From Marsupella aquatica (taxonomy: Eukaryota; Plantae; Marchantiophyta): a stretch of 64,000 nucleotides of DNA. A program made the translations under genes and the position numbers. The DNA is taken from positions 2,715,659 through 2,779,658 of the forward strand of contig OZ316895.1 of the NCBI GenBank assembly GCA_973895155.1. Direction: 5' to 3'. The notes beneath the pieces are model-generated. The model was not told the DNA's origin and searched no databases. It worked only from the letters and a program-made list of their open reading frames with translations. Shown piece after piece: positions 1 to 13,677 of this stretch. The stretch's first letter is position 1. Each line of letters starts with the position of its first letter.

Positions 1-257
1 AATTGCCAGAAAAACCACAAAACTATCACATGAGGAGTTTGGAGCCCCTCGAGCGAATTCTCATGAGTAAGGTTGTTTCCAAAGTAATCAAGGCTCTGTA
101 ACAGCTTATTCTTTTGCCTGCCACCTGCTGATGACCAATTGTAGGAGAGTTTGAACGACCTGGTCAAAAAAGACCAAGCATTGAGACCAAAGGGAATGCG
201 GTGTCAATATCAGACGACAGAGACACCAAGACTAGTCAAATAGCACCAGTATCAATC

Positions 258-396
258 TTTTCAATATTCTGCAATCAATTGGTATCAAAAGCTGGAGAGT
301 TTTGTTCAATTTGGACATGCATCAAATCTTTTCAGCATCCTGCAATCAATCGGTATCAAAGCTGGAGAGTTTTGTTCAATTTGACATGCATCAATC
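258..396. repeat. Tandem duplication, ~70 bp unit x2
   Basis: ctgcaatcaa(t/c)ggtatcaaagctggagagttttgttcaattt(g)gacatgcatcaa occurs twice back to back. Confidence 0.85.
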
Positions 397-639
397 GTAC
401 AGACAGAAATCTCTCAAGTGGAGACTGCAAATCTACAGTACTTATAGACAGATCTGGTTTTTCGATGATAAAATAAGATTAGTGGTTCCACTTATCACTT
501 CCATTGCTTCACCTTGTTTCCCCTTCTCACTTTCAATGATTCACATGCAGGATTACGGTCGAGCTAGGCTAGTTGTTGAACTAACTTTGTACTCTAGCTG
601 ATGTCATCTCTCTTACTAGGGTTTAATAGGGTTTAGGGT

Positions 640-2510
640 GTGTTGGGTGGGACAAGTGCCACACAATCTATTTCAAATGAAAAACTTTGGTGTCATACTA
701 AACAACCATATGGATATGTCTTGCATCCACTCATTGTTCAAGCTCTCTTGACAGTGCCTAAACAATGTTTCCATCAACTTAGATTCAGCACAGGTTTCAT
801 GAAGATGGAGCAAGGTACCTATTGCTCTCGCACACCTTGGCAGCAGCTCACACCAAAAATTTGCATTGCAATCTGGCTTAATATGCCTTGTCTTTGGATT
901 CACTTGGTTTCACCCTTTCTATCAAACCTCAATTTCAAGGTTCTTGGCATGTCTGGTGGAGTGAAGTGGGGAATATTAAAACCGCAACATCTACAGTATG
1001 TCTTTTAATTTATAGTTTACTTGGTGGGCTATGGAATATATTCATTACCTTCTACAGTAAATCTGCAAAAGGAAGCTTGATCTGACCTCCACTTTAAATA
1101 TTTACATGATAAGCCGAGTCAAGTGTGGTTGATAGCCATTCCCAACATTTTATGGATAACTCATAACTGGCAACAGGAGAGTGGTTGACACTTTTGGAAT
1201 ACAAATAACTTTAGCCACATCCCCATTGCAGTTGGAGTTATATTGGAGTGAAAAGCTCCTTAGAAAGCCATCAGAATCATAATTTGAAGAATATATCTAT
1301 GAGTTTTAAAATAACGTTCCCTAGCAAACAAAAACTGTATCTGCTGGAGGAAGGTAAGAGTGAATATTAATGGGAGAATCTATAAGTACTAGACCCACAC
1401 GAACAATTATTGATTGAAGCACATAAGTAGAAAGGTGAGAACAGAATGATATTATGAAGCGGTTGAAGGGTCACAACATTCACAAATAATTTCTTGCTGT
1501 CCACATGCATCTAGTTTAATAATCCTTTTGAAACAGAAACGAGTGTTCTCAGCAGAAGATTACAGCAACCAATGACCTTCATCAGATTCTGCCCTCAAAT
1601 TGTGTGACCACCTCCCCCAAAATTTGAGCCCATAAAGTGCTACCAAGGGGCTTTATACTTGGGCTCTTAAACAATAACCTTTCTCGGTGGTTATCTGTGG
1701 GGGCAGGCAAGAGGTGGGTGCCAAAAAGAAGAAAGATGCTACAGCAGGTTGGGTCACTACTTCACTCTCTTACTACCTTGTTAATTGCCTTTGGCTTTGC
1801 TTCTGGCACACCCTTGTTTGCGGCACCTCTGGTCTGTTCGTTTTACTAACCCTAGGGCCCAACTCACATGTGAGCGACCTTCTGTTTTGCGACCCTCAAA
1901 CAACAAGATGTCATCATCTGATTCACTTAGACTTTCACACCATCAGCCCCTCATGAGGCAGGCCTGATGGCAACTTTCTGGGAAACCCAAGGGCAAAGGC
2001 CACAACCCTTCTGGGCCAAGGAGGTCCCCACCTCTGAATTCTAATAAAACAAAATGTGTCTTGGGTAAGTTGTAGTGTGCAACAACAAAGACTAAAGGCA
2101 AAAGCAATCATCACACTCACTTAGCAGAGACAATCTCTCCTTCCCAAAAACTTTGCAAGTGCTAAGTGAGAGTAGGGCCTAAGAGTGAGGGCACTATTCA
2201 ATCAGCCCTTACCGAGTTGAAATCAGAGTAAAAGGCTTTGCTTCCCATCCAATACCAATTGGGAAGTTGAGGCTTGCCCTGATGCAACAAGCTGCTAAGA
2301 TCGTACCCAATCTTGGACTTCAAAGGGCTAATCTCTATGAGGTTGATGGAACATTTCCCTACGTTCCCTTGTGATTGTGGATTTATACATCTTCACTAAT
2401 ACCTTGACAAAGGGTAGAGGAACTGTTCTCCCAAAACCTTACTGTTGCAGTAGTACACTCTTGTGGAGCAAAATGTCAGAGGTGGAATTTAGCTTAGTTT
2501 TTGAAAGCAT
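640..2510 (-). mobile_element. Heavily decayed L1-like LINE ORF2 remnant (C-terminal part)
   Basis: Minus-strand fragments resemble the LINE zf-RVT domain (PRCARAIGTLLHLHETCAESK, ORF 673..903) and post-RT thumb-region sequence (WEAKP near 2240). There are many stops and frameshifts; boundaries are approximate. Confidence 0.4.
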
Positions 2511-2819
2511 TAAAGACACTCAGCCCACTTCATAGAAACTCGAGGAACAGCGAAAACCACCAGACCGATCGCATGTGGTTGCGTGAAGAAATTGGATGAA
2601 TTTGAAGGAGATATGCTGCAGGAGTGGACAACTGTTGTCAAGGTTTCATGTGACAAATTCCCATGATCGATCTTGACCAAAGCAATTTCAATTCGTTTGT
2701 TCCGTTGGTGAGATCTTGGCACTCCCACATTGACCAGCAAATTGGTCAGAACACTCATGAGTACGAGTTCCTGGCTTTAAAGCTAGGCTCGCTTTCGAAA
2801 AGTAGAAATGGTCTGTAAA

Positions 2820-3215
2820 GCTGTGCGAACTACTGTAGATTGCTGAGGCTGTGTACAGGCGTGCAATGAATCAGAACTTCCAGTCGATGGACTTGTTCTC
2901 TGATTTCGATTCCTCCCATATTTTAAGCTGAAGCTGGTGCGAAGTACTGTAGATCTTAGGCTTTGTGGATTGTGGGTCCCTGGAGTGCAGGCGTGCAATG
3001 AATCAGAACTTCCAGTCGATGGACATGTTCATTGATTTCGATCACTTCCTTTCCTCCCATATTTTAAGCTGAAGCGGTGCGAACTACTGTAGATCTTAGG
3101 CTGTGTGGATTGTGGGTCCCTGGAGAGCAGGCGTGCAATGAATCAGAACTTCCAGTCGATACACTTGTTCACTGATTTCGATCACTTCCTTTACTCCCAT
3201 ATTTTAAGCTGGAGC
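2820..3215. repeat. Tandem repeat, ~130-140 bp unit x3
   Basis: gcgaactactgtagat...caggcgtgcaatgaatcagaacttccagtcgat...cccatattttaagctg repeated three times. Confidence 0.9.
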
Positions 3216-5042
3216 TGGTTGACAATATGAAAATGTTCCTCCCCTGAGCTTTGAACGTCTGTTCTCAACTCTTTCCAGAAGAGAAGAGGAACTTCTTTGC
3301 CAGAAAAGTATGGGTACATCGACAACGCTATTCATTCTTTCTCATACAGGGCGCCGATCATTCCTAAACTTGCGTTTCCAGATTTCGTACAGGTCCATCC
3401 TTTCCCGTCCGTCGACAAGATCGGTTGCTCAGGTTGAGGCCGACCACAGAGAGCTGCTCCATCGAATTAGTGTACATTACACAATTATAACCACTCCGTC
3501 GCTCATCGAATTGGAGTGCATAACACAATTCTAAACAATCCGTGCTGATAGGCAGCAAGGTTTCCTGTACACGACAGTGGATAGGCACCATATTACCGTT
3601 CGTGAGATCCAGCATGAATGTCGTCAGCACAAAGCATGCAAGCACTATTCCTCACGTTATGAAAATAAATGGAAATGTTGCAGCTGCAGTGGTACTACTG
3701 CAGCCTTTTACATCTTCATCCATTGTGCCGAATCCAATGCGTCAGCGTAATAGTATCCGTACGGTAATCGGTTGATCTTGATCGAGTGGAGCCTCAAGAC
3801 CACAGACGGAGTCAACTAACTATTCGGCAAATCTGCGGGGCACTGTTTGCTGTTGGCATCCAAATTGGTTTCATGTAGCATACGGCAGAGATCGCCACAA
3901 CGCGTGGTCGACCAAAGATATGGAGAGTCGTAAACCAATCAAAAGGACCAGATAGACTGAAACCCACTGAGCAACGGACTTTGCCTCACAAAGTGAACGG
4001 GAAGAAACTCATCAATACCCACGGTCACTTGCTGCTCCACGATGAACAGTATCAGTTGCAATCTTGCGGTCGAGTGGTGTGATTAAGGAAATAAACAAGG
4101 TACACTCCCCTTTCAGTCAAATTTTGGGCTTCGGATGTCTGGTCCCTTGTTAAATTGAGCAGGAGTTTGGAAGTCGGATGTGTTTCTGTGCTGTGCGTAA
4201 TCTCGACATAAAGAGGTAACATATATCACATCTAAAAACAAAAGCCTCAACGGGGAGAGAGATTGTGTAGCAATCACCTTGCGTGAATCACCGTAGGGAC
4301 CATATAGAGGAGAGAACTTCTGGCTGTGTGGAAAAGGACACACTGCAGATTTGTTTGGTGACATGGATGAATTGTTTTCGTTAAATGAGAGATCGCGGTA
4401 ATGTACAGTGCACGACGATGTTAATCTCTTGCTGAACTGCTGAAGTTATCTGTGAGATGCATGGTATGGGGCTTGTGGGTCACATTGGCTTCCACTTCAC
4501 TCTCTCACGCATAACAGTCGGTAAATCTTCTTAGAGTTGGAGAGGTAAAGAACTCGTTAGTCCCTAACCTTTCGCTCCTGCCTCGTCGCAAAACTCATGT
4601 GTCTCAACTTGGAACTGGGCAAATAACTTTCTATAGACAGCCAGCTGCCACTTCCCTTACCACAAAAAGTTCTCACCAGGAAATTCATGTTTTGTACCTA
4701 TCCAGCAAAAACAGAGAAGTAACTGAAATGGAATTCTGAAAGCTCCACATCTGATGTAGATGCTGTTGTGTGGTTTCTACTGCATGATTTCCCTTCTCGT
4801 TGAAACACAGGACTTGCTCTGACTTATTCTATACTATAATTGACAAATGCAGGAAAAAATATGATTTCGATGCCAATTCTAGGAGAATTTCACGAAGATA
4901 TGCTTGGTTCTGATTGAAATTCTTAGCAATAATGTAGCTGATGCGGTTATCAAGAAATGCACTTCATAGAAAATTCAACTATCCAGCTTAATCTACGCGT
5001 CTACAGACCGCCCAGAAGATAGAATGTCTTGGAAATTTAGAC

Positions 5043-5096
5043 TGACACGATGAGCTAGGCAGCAACTTCTGACACGATGAGCTAGGCAGCAACTTC
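5043..5096. repeat. 27 bp tandem duplication
   Basis: tgacacgatgagctaggcagcaacttc x2. Confidence 0.9.
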
Positions 5097-5526
5097 GTTG
5101 ATGCACCTAGAAGCAAGCCGGTTTTCCGATCTGTGGCGCTTTGCAATTCTATACATTTACAAAGGACGGGGAGGTAGTGGATTGGCAGCGGACATACCCT
5201 TCTGACAATAACCGAGAATATGATAATGTCCTTCCTAAGATGATTTATAGGAGGAAGAAGTAAGCAAATTAAAAAGAATCTCAGTCTTTGGAATTGTTCA
5301 ACAGGATCCGAATTCATGGAGACATAAACGAGGATCGACGACATAGTCGCGTGGATTCCGTATAGTCGGCAGTGAGTAGATTACCGACGCTGTCCTCGAT
5401 TTTACTACTACAACTGATATATACAATAATTCTTGCGAGGGTCACAGAGCGAACTCCGCTTCCAAGATTCAGCTAAGCCTACGCTAGCTACCCATGACCC
5501 AGTACTCGCTAATCTACAGATTTCTT

Positions 5527-7230
5527 CTACTTCGTCCTCATTTTGTCTAATCTTTGGACGAGGTCGTCAACTTCAGGGGGCCACGGCGGAGGAGGTATCG
5601 AGGGGTAAATGGAGGCGTGCTCTACAGCTTTGAAGGACGATCGACGAGATGGTGCAGGGCTTGCCGAGCTGTACGTGTCGACGACCTTCTCCACTGGAAC
5701 TCTGTACCTCGGTTTTCTCAACCTTCGCTTGAGGAAAAATAGGAGGACCACGCACACAATTATACCGACGGCCCCGGTGGCGATCATGATCGACTCGTAT
5801 TGCAGATTGGGCGGCAGCGATGCAAATCCCGCTGCCATGAACGCTCCCAGAAGGCAGACAACAGAATTGGCCAGCAATCTCGACGTTCCTCGGAGCCACC
5901 CGTTGCATCTGCTAACAGCCTTGCCGATGAAAGCATCCTGGCCCGGCAGTACTGCAGCAGCGCCGGACACTATAGTCGCACAAGCGGAGAAAAAAGAGAG
6001 GCTGTTGAAAACCCAGAAGACGCGTACACAAATGTCCTGCTCCACTGCAGCGTATGAGAGCGAGTCCCTGTGATCGGAGAAGCCCAAGGGTGGTTGTAGC
6101 CATCCTGAATAACTCACCGCTGATATTACAGCTGCACCCACCAGCATTGCACTTGCAGCGTGGACATAAGCCTGCCTATCTTTGTAAAGCTTGGAAACAT
6201 AATTTTTCACATCTGGAAGCCTGAGGAGCAAGCTCTGGATGGTGTCATCCCCGCTCTCCACAGCAATCTGCAGCGGCATGACGCCATCGTAGTCCCGCGT
6301 ATTGGGCATCAGTGAAGCGTGCGTGGACAGCGTCCGGATCAGATCCGGGGAGTTCTCCAAGGTTGCAAGATGCAACGGCGTGCTGGACGGATGAAACTTC
6401 ATGGCTGCATTGACGTCAACCCTTCCATCTTCCAGAAGCCTGGCCACAACTCTCGGATCATTTCTGAGGCACGCGAGATGCAGAGGTGTGAACCCGTTAT
6501 TACCATACATATTGACATCGCCTTGCTCCCATTTGAGAAGCTCGGACATGACTAGGAGGGTCGACTTCTGAGCGGCAATGTGCAGCGCCGTGTAACCCTC
6601 AGAATCCGTAGCGTTAAATACCTGCTCGTAGACATCCTCGCTGCCCTCAATTGTCGCCCATAGACAGGCCACCTTCAGCTCGTACACAATCTGTGGGTGG
6701 TCATTGTCCACAGCTAAGTGCAGCGAGGTGAACCACGAGTTGCCTGAAACCGGAGCTAGCAACAGCCTGCAGCTATGGATTCGGCGCTCATACACTAAAA
6801 GATGCTTCACCACGTCTGTGTGTCCCCAGCTCGCGGCCAAGTGAAGCGCATTGAATCCGTATTCATGGTCGAAGCAGTAGACGTCCAGCTCGTGAATATC
6901 CTGCTCGAGAAGTAGTTTTACAATATCTGCGTGCCCTTCCAGAGAAGCGATCCATAGAGGAGTCCTTCCGTTCTCATCGCGGGCATTGACGTCCACCTCC
7001 GGTTGAGAAAGCACCTCTGTGAACAATCGCAAATCGTTTTCCTGAGCTGCGGCGTGCAGGTCCGAAGTGAAGGTCCCTGGTGTTCCCCGTCCTGGAATCT
7101 TGGCCCTCGCTGACTGTCCTTCCGGTACCGGTGAGGCTGCACCGCTGCAAATCGCTTCCTCTGCTCGCGCTGAGCTGGTCCGAACGCTGGATTGATTGTC
7201 CGGGATCCCCCTCACATGCCTCTCCCCCAT
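5527..7230 (-). CDS. Ankyrin-repeat protein with C-terminal PGG-type transmembrane domain (ACD6/ITN1-like), intronless
   Basis: 567 aa ORF with multiple ankyrin repeats (GRTPLWIAS, GFNALHLAA, GYTALHIAA, GFTPLHLAC, STPLHLAT). These are followed by AAVISAVSYSGWLQPPLG and FWVFNSLSFF, with 4-5 hydrophobic helices. Confidence 0.92.
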   Translation of the reverse strand: MGERHVRGIPDNQSSVRTSSARAEEAICSGAASPVPEGQSARAKIPGRGTPGTFTSDLHAAAQENDLRLFTEVLSQPEVDVNARDENGRTPLWIASLEGHADIVKLLLEQDIHELDVYCFDHEYGFNALHLAASWGHTDVVKHLLVYERRIHSCRLLLAPVSGNSWFTSLHLAVDNDHPQIVYELKVACLWATIEGSEDVYEQVFNATDSEGYTALHIAAQKSTLLVMSELLKWEQGDVNMYGNNGFTPLHLACLRNDPRVVARLLEDGRVDVNAAMKFHPSSTPLHLATLENSPDLIRTLSTHASLMPNTRDYDGVMPLQIAVESGDDTIQSLLLRLPDVKNYVSKLYKDRQAYVHAASAMLVGAAVISAVSYSGWLQPPLGFSDHRDSLSYAAVEQDICVRVFWVFNSLSFFSACATIVSGAAAVLPGQDAFIGKAVSRCNGWLRGTSRLLANSVVCLLGAFMAAGFASLPPNLQYESIMIATGAVGIIVCVVLLFFLKRRLRKPRYRVPVEKVVDTYSSASPAPSRRSSFKAVEHASIYPSIPPPPWPPEVDDLVQRLDKMRTK

Positions 7231-8727
7231 AACGTCAAGATTTCTATGATTGTCAAAGTTCTGTGAAAAAACCTTTTCAATCCGTATTCCAGAGGGAGAT
7301 CACAGCCAGAATCTACATGTTAGTAAAAGCTCCATTCCTCACTATACTACCACTCTCATTGTGAACGATGACATTGGAGGTTTTCGTCAGGACGAGCTGA
7401 GTGACATGGAGCGATTCAGACACGAATGGACCACAGGAGAGAGAACCGACTCACGGTAGCAAGAGCTCTATGGGTGGGAGCGCCGCAAGCAATGCCGCAG
7501 TACTACCTGTAGCAAGGACTCAGAGCGCAACGAGCAATCCACACGCACAACCGAATCGCACGAGCAGAATGCAGGGAAAAAGAGAACACCCTTTTCATCC
7601 CAACACAGTCCTGATGAAAGTGCATCTCGTTGACGAACGTAGATCGAACAGGACAAAAAGAGTGAGAGATGAACAGCCTCGTGACCTCTGCTGCTCAGAC
7701 ATTGTTGGCCCCTTTCCCTCGCTCACTCGCTCACTCCCTCCCACTGTACTGTAGACCTGAATTGAATCTCTGACAAAGTGACAAGAGCTTGCTTGCTTGC
7801 TCCGGTTCTGAACAGAAAGGCAGGATAGTCAGACTGGCAGCAGGACGGACGAATTCGACTCTGCGGGACGAGCACTACTGTAGGAGAGCACTAATAACAG
7901 ATAGTTTTGTCCCAGGTGGTGCACACTTCCCATTAAAAAAGACTAAACCCAGCACAGTGAAGAGACATCGTCCGTGGCGAGTGCCGGGCGCTGCTCGTTG
8001 TCTGTCTGACAAGATAGGTTTTTCGCATCGGCTCAGTACTGTAGGAAGTGATTGAACAACAACAGTACATACTACTCTTTTCAATCTCTTTTCTAGTCTT
8101 TTCCAGCACTGGCCCAACACTTACTGTAACGGTATGCCTACCTAGCTACAAACTCTCGTTCTTAATTCCATCAATCACTCTCTTCCGGAGTGCTCCGTTT
8201 GTCGTTGCTCTCGAATCTCGCTGCAGTGCTGTGAACCAACCCAAGCCTCATTCCACCAAGCCCCAATTCGATTCTGCTGGCTGCTGTACATGCAGCATTG
8301 CAGCAACCCCAAAGCTTTCAGGCGCTCAACACTCGTCACAGACTTCTATAAGAACACTATTTACATAATCCTGCAATCGATTCGCCGTTACAATTCCATT
8401 CTGCTGGCCACCTAGTTAGCTTTAGTCAGTCGGTTGTGTGCATCCATCGAAGGCGGCGTGTGCAGAATGCGTTGTTTATTGAGAGAAAAAGAACTTGTTT
8501 TTGTGTCGAACAGTGCTTCTGAATGCATTCCAGTAATCCAGTTTCAAGTTTACTGTATTTGCATGGGATCTAGTGTCCACTTATTCTAGCTTCTATGGTT
8601 GTTTCCACTTTCAGGATGCCTCACGAGTATAGTACTGTTGTGGACTAGAGGAGATAGGCTCTGGGAGGCATTCAAATTACTGCATTTTTTAAGGGGTTTT
8701 CTTCTTCGCCAGGGTGGCGAATGTCCC

Positions 8728-8957
8728 CTGGTGTCAAGTAGAATATGCTGTTTGTCTAATCTTGCTAAATTAATCTCTGACCCATAGATCTCCTTAAATT
8801 TAGCTGTAACCGTCAAATTCTGGCTACTGTGGTCTATGGGTAAGCGGACCTGGTGTCAAGTAGAATATGCTGTTTGTCTAATTTTGCTAAATTAATCTTT
8901 GACCCATAGATCTCCCTAGACATTTATAACCGTCAAATTCTGGCTATGTGGTCTATG
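8728..8957. repeat. ~121 bp tandem duplication
   Basis: cctggtgtcaagtagaatatgctgtttgtctaat...taaccgtcaaattctggcta...tgtggtctatg twice. Confidence 0.9.
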
Positions 8958-9085
8958 TCTAGGGGGATACTGGCTAATTGAAGTGACTGACCTGGCTAAT
9001 TTTTTACCAAAAGTGCCGAATGTTCTCTAGTGGGGTGGAATTTGGAAAATTCTTGTACCCCCCAAAAAAACTGATTCTAGTGTCG

Positions 9086-9117
9086 ATGAAATGAAATGAA
9101 ATGAAATGAAATGAAAT
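9086..9117. repeat. (TGAAA)n microsatellite
   Basis: About six consecutive tgaaa units. Confidence 0.95.
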
Positions 9118-12100
9118 TTATAGCACTGTACCATAGACCACAGGGGTGCATTGTGTGCTGCATTGGTGTCGGTTGGGCAGTTGGGTCTTGGGCATTCCTA
9201 GTGTAGCTTTTTGAAAGAAAGAAAGACCTGTAGAGTAGGGACGATCAGGAATGGACGATAGTTCAATCTTGACACTCCCGGACAAGGAAACTAGCATAGT
9301 ATACCTTGCTTGAAGTGAATTGGTGGGGTATATGTTTGGACCCCCCAAATGAAAACTGTTACTTGATGGACCCCATGCTTGAGTGATCTAAAATCAACTT
9401 GCCCCAAAAACTCATGGGGTTGGTTGGGGAGAAAACTTTGGTTGGAGTCCATCAAGCATGTAACCTGGGGCCCCACACCCACCAAGCACTGTGGACAGCA
9501 GCGATAATCCAATCTCAAAACACCTTAGCAATAGCGACAGAAAAACTAGCAGAATGTACCTGCGTGGAGTACCAATTTGGTTGGGGCTCTGTTCTAACCG
9601 CTCTCTGCTAAAGCTGAGTGGGAACGCACACTCACCTCATCGTTGAGGCCAACACAAATTGCATATAGCACACCCATGGGGATGCTATTCGAAGTCTTGC
9701 TCCGAATGCTCATCTTGCCCCTTCCCCAGATCATCTGAAAATGATCTCCCTTCTAGCCAAGGTTGGAGAGAATTTCCCCACTTTATTGGGTCGTTGGGTT
9801 TATGTATCCAGGTTTGGAGCCTTTTGTTCTTTGAGAGCGTGTTATACATAAATGCAGATAAACATGGATCATTTGGTTTCAAATTGTTCTTGACTCATGC
9901 TCTTTAGGTCCCCTGGAAGACTAGGCTAAAATGGGCAAGAGCTCCTAGACTTGGGTAAGAAGATACTAGGGACTAGACAACAATGAAATAGGTGGGCCTC
10001 AAGATTTATCCACCACTGGGTAGTACTTGCTCAATTTAGGTGAGATGAAGGTTTGGGACAAGTGGTGGGGTAGAGCAAGTGTAGTGGGTCGCTCAGCATG
10101 ATTGTGCCATTCTTCTAAAACCACAGTCATGGAAAGGACCATCCAAACAACGTCCCCACTCCCAGGTAGGCTAGCATTAATGTATATCACATCCATCTTT
10201 ATCGATCTACAGGACCCCTCTCTCAATCTCGTCATATCTTGACTATGGGTCCCATTAGGTCCAGCATCTGGAGGTCAATGTGCTCCTATCACCTGTGCAT
10301 GGGATAGATGAACAGGAGAGAGAGAGAGAAAGAAAGATCAACAACCCCTGGAACATGGCTTCCCAGTCGGGCTACCAATAAAGACCAACACAAACATGCA
10401 TGCAAACAATTAAGTGTGAGAACTACCTCATGCAATTCACTGTCCTCCCGCCTTATTTGTTCTTCATCCAATTCTTTGTAACAAATCTTTTTCAATCTAT
10501 GATTGGCCTTAGATACTGGGGTAGTAAGGTTTTCTGCCAAATTTAGAAGTTGAATAGTGTACCACTGTTTCACTCGAGAGCTTTGTTAATTTACTAGCAT
10601 GGATAAATGCTCTCCATGACCCAGGTTCTTATCCTTGTCAAACAAGATCTTAACTTTTAGAAGAGAAGAAATCGTAGCTTTTTCTGTAGGAAAGAATAAT
10701 CGAGCATTAATATTGAGATGGTACAATCTCGTCAGAGGCCTAACGAGCAGAGCCAAACTGTAACTGATTCCTATGCCAAATCCCGTGCCAAATCATTGGA
10801 ACGGAGCAGCACTTAACAGGAAACTTCGTAATGAGGATTGTTGGAACTAGCACGTCAGCATAAACACAAAGAACCCAATTACAATACCCCTGTAGTTAAT
10901 CACGTACCATACGGTGGAACGTGGACGCCTGAAGTGCCTAAAACTTCTGAAGAGCGGGAACTAATGCCTAATACACAGTACCCAATTCCGAGCTTCGCGG
11001 CATCTGCCCAGGAATTCACTTATTGCTTGTATAATCGACAAATGGATAATCTCAAAGCGCACGCATCTCAACTCGTAGTCACTCCATGACAGAATTTAAA
11101 CGATCTTTCCATCTGGAGTTCTGGAGGTGAGCACTGAGCACCGCCAAGCGGTTCTAGACGAAAAGTTTTATTAAATATTGAACCAACCCTACCTGGCCTT
11201 GCGCCAACTTTTAACTGCATCACCCTTGCCACTAACAATATTCTAAATTACAATATTGTCATTAATTTTATTGTATTTATAAATATGCTATAATTTGTGT
11301 ATATTCTCATCATTTTTTCTTTGTTTAACTTGTCAACTTTATATAAAAATCATGGCATATTTGTAAAAATACATAAAAACAACCATGGTAGTATTATCAA
11401 TTCCGACATCTTTATAGTGGCAAAGTAATTAAAAGTTGCTTACTTTAATGTAGGAAATTCATGTGGAGAGTCATAAACGGTGGTTCCTCCCACACCTCTC
11501 TCACTCCTTTGGGAAATCATTTTAGTCAAAGATTATGTCAGGGACCTGAATGACATGATGGGGATGAGTCTTGACCCTATCTCAAACCACCGGAATGAAT
11601 CATGGACTATTATTAACTTCCAGACTCTTAAACTCCTCAAAACCCAAGTACATTTTTTTAAACACAAGAAACCCTCCTAGCATACTTGTCCCCCAACCCC
11701 TCCTGCTCCCCCACCCCTTCACCTAACCCAGCTCTCTGGTGCACTTTGTTCCCTTCCTCCCTTCCTTCACAGTCACACGTTCACCCCTACATCCCCCTCC
11801 TTGGCTATATGCAATTTCTAGGTGACTTTGGCATTCTCTGAACCTGGGTGTCAGCTGGTGCCTCCCTGCCACACCTGGGGCACCCAACACCTTGGCAGAG
11901 GACAAAAAGGTGGTTCCTCCCAATGCCCACTGATCCTGCCTTGCAGTGTTCTCACAATTACAGTGCAACTTTAATTTTGTTAACATTAGGCTCAGTGCCT
12001 ATAAACCCATCTAACATGAAAGCAGAATCTAGATTATTCCTTATACTCCTTTCAGGATGAGTCTTGGGGACGTGATCTCCTCGCTCGTGCCCCATGTGGT

Positions 12101-13526
12101 GAGTGCTCATTCTACTATTATGTTTTACTGGTCAGTAAAGAATGCTTTCTAAACAAAATTCGAGATGAAAACGAATCTGGCCCATTCCCTCGTTTGAGAG
12201 TCACAAAACCGCTGGGTTTTATTTTTGAGGGAAAACAGCCCCACAAACACAAAGCAAAAAGAAGACAAAAATGGGATGCATGGACCAGTAAATCATCAAG
12301 CCTTGACACCCAATTGGGAAAACCCGCTGTTTGGAAATTGTGGCTACTCTCAATCCCCACCCTTCATCTTCTGGCATCTATGGACCTGATAGAAAAGGCG
12401 GGAAACTCATAGGACATACTAAACTTTTGTAGGTTTTTAAGGATGTACACTTTCCATATGATATGAGTGCCCCTCGTGCGTTCCAATTCAAGACGTCTCA
12501 CTTTAATACTCGACTTCTGACCCTCTCCGATTTGTTTGGAAGGTTTTGTAAAAGCTCTGTTAAAGTTCAGGAGTTAATCCTCATTATACCTCCCCAAGGT
12601 GAAATTAACGCTCTATCGCTCTAAATCATTGTCTCCCTCATCAAAATAATTATTGTAATAATTCATCTAAATTGATTTTTAATGCACAGTGAGGAGTAGG
12701 CCGCAAGACGTCTGTTAGAATGAGATAGTTAGTATGAAGAGTCAAACCACTTTTACTACTGTAGGTCATGGGCAAATTTTAGTCGAACTATGTTGGGTCG
12801 ACAATTTTGGCCAGCCCTTTACAAGAGATTTTTGTCGATCAAAGATGCACTTGATGTACCCCCAAAATGAAATTTATTACTTGATGGACGCCATGAGTGA
12901 TCTAGACCCTTGATGGGCCTTAAATCAAGGTACCCAGAACCTCATGGGGTCCATAACAGCACTTTTCAATTTAGTGGTCCATCAAAGATATCTTCCCCTC
13001 ATTGTAGAAGATATTAGCCAAGGGTGTATATTTGGCAAGGGTGTATATTTGGCAAGGGTCTAATTCGGTGTGCAAACAAGCCAGCCTTTACCCAAATGAT
13101 TAATGGAACAATGTGAGCTCATGGCACATGTAAGGGCAGGGAGGAGATGGTTCATATGATGGACCACTATGTTGACTATAAAAGTGGGACAGACCTAGCT
13201 AATGTTTAGATCCAAAACAATGACCATTTATTAAAAGGAAAAGTATTATTTGAGTTCAAGTCTAGCTTTGAACCTTGATCATCCGGTCCTGGTGCCTAAT
13301 TTCCATCAATCTTTGTATTCATTACGGCTTCTTTTTCCCTTCCAAATAAATGATGGAGAGAACAGTAAATTGACCCAATGGACTTATACGTTGGACGAGA
13401 TGCCTGGATGAACCAGTGCAACCCAGATGACCACAAAATGAATATACACATACTTTATACATAAAAAGGCCAAATAGAGTACAAAAGAATAAACAAGAGA
13501 GGTCCCAAGTGGACAAAACCAAACGC

Positions 13527-13625
13527 AAAAGAAGTGAGCAAAAGGAAACCCTAAAAACCAAGAAAGAGGAACTAAAAGAAGTGAGCAAAAGGAAACCCCT
13601 AAAAACCAAGAAAGAGGAACTAAAA
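13527..13625. repeat. ~47 bp tandem duplication in retroelement 3' UTR
   Basis: aaaagaagtgagcaaaaggaaaccc(c)taaaaaccaagaaagaggaact x2. Confidence 0.9.
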
Positions 13626-13677
13626 CTACAGCAAATGGACCGAGGTCCTCATCATACCTAGCAAATGTGGCAACAAG

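Noticed and set aside
616-639. Telomere-like TAGGGTT(T) repeats
   Set aside because: Only about three imperfect units, too short to call an interstitial telomere
5554-7142. Antisense and overlapping ORFs over the ankyrin gene (similar ones overlap GDSL, CSK and SET)
   Set aside because: These are shadow ORFs of real coding sequence with no independent motifs
9500-12420. Possible retroelement or gene remnants (short ORFs 10289..10573, 10838..11089, 12194..12412)
   Set aside because: No motif I can assign with confidence
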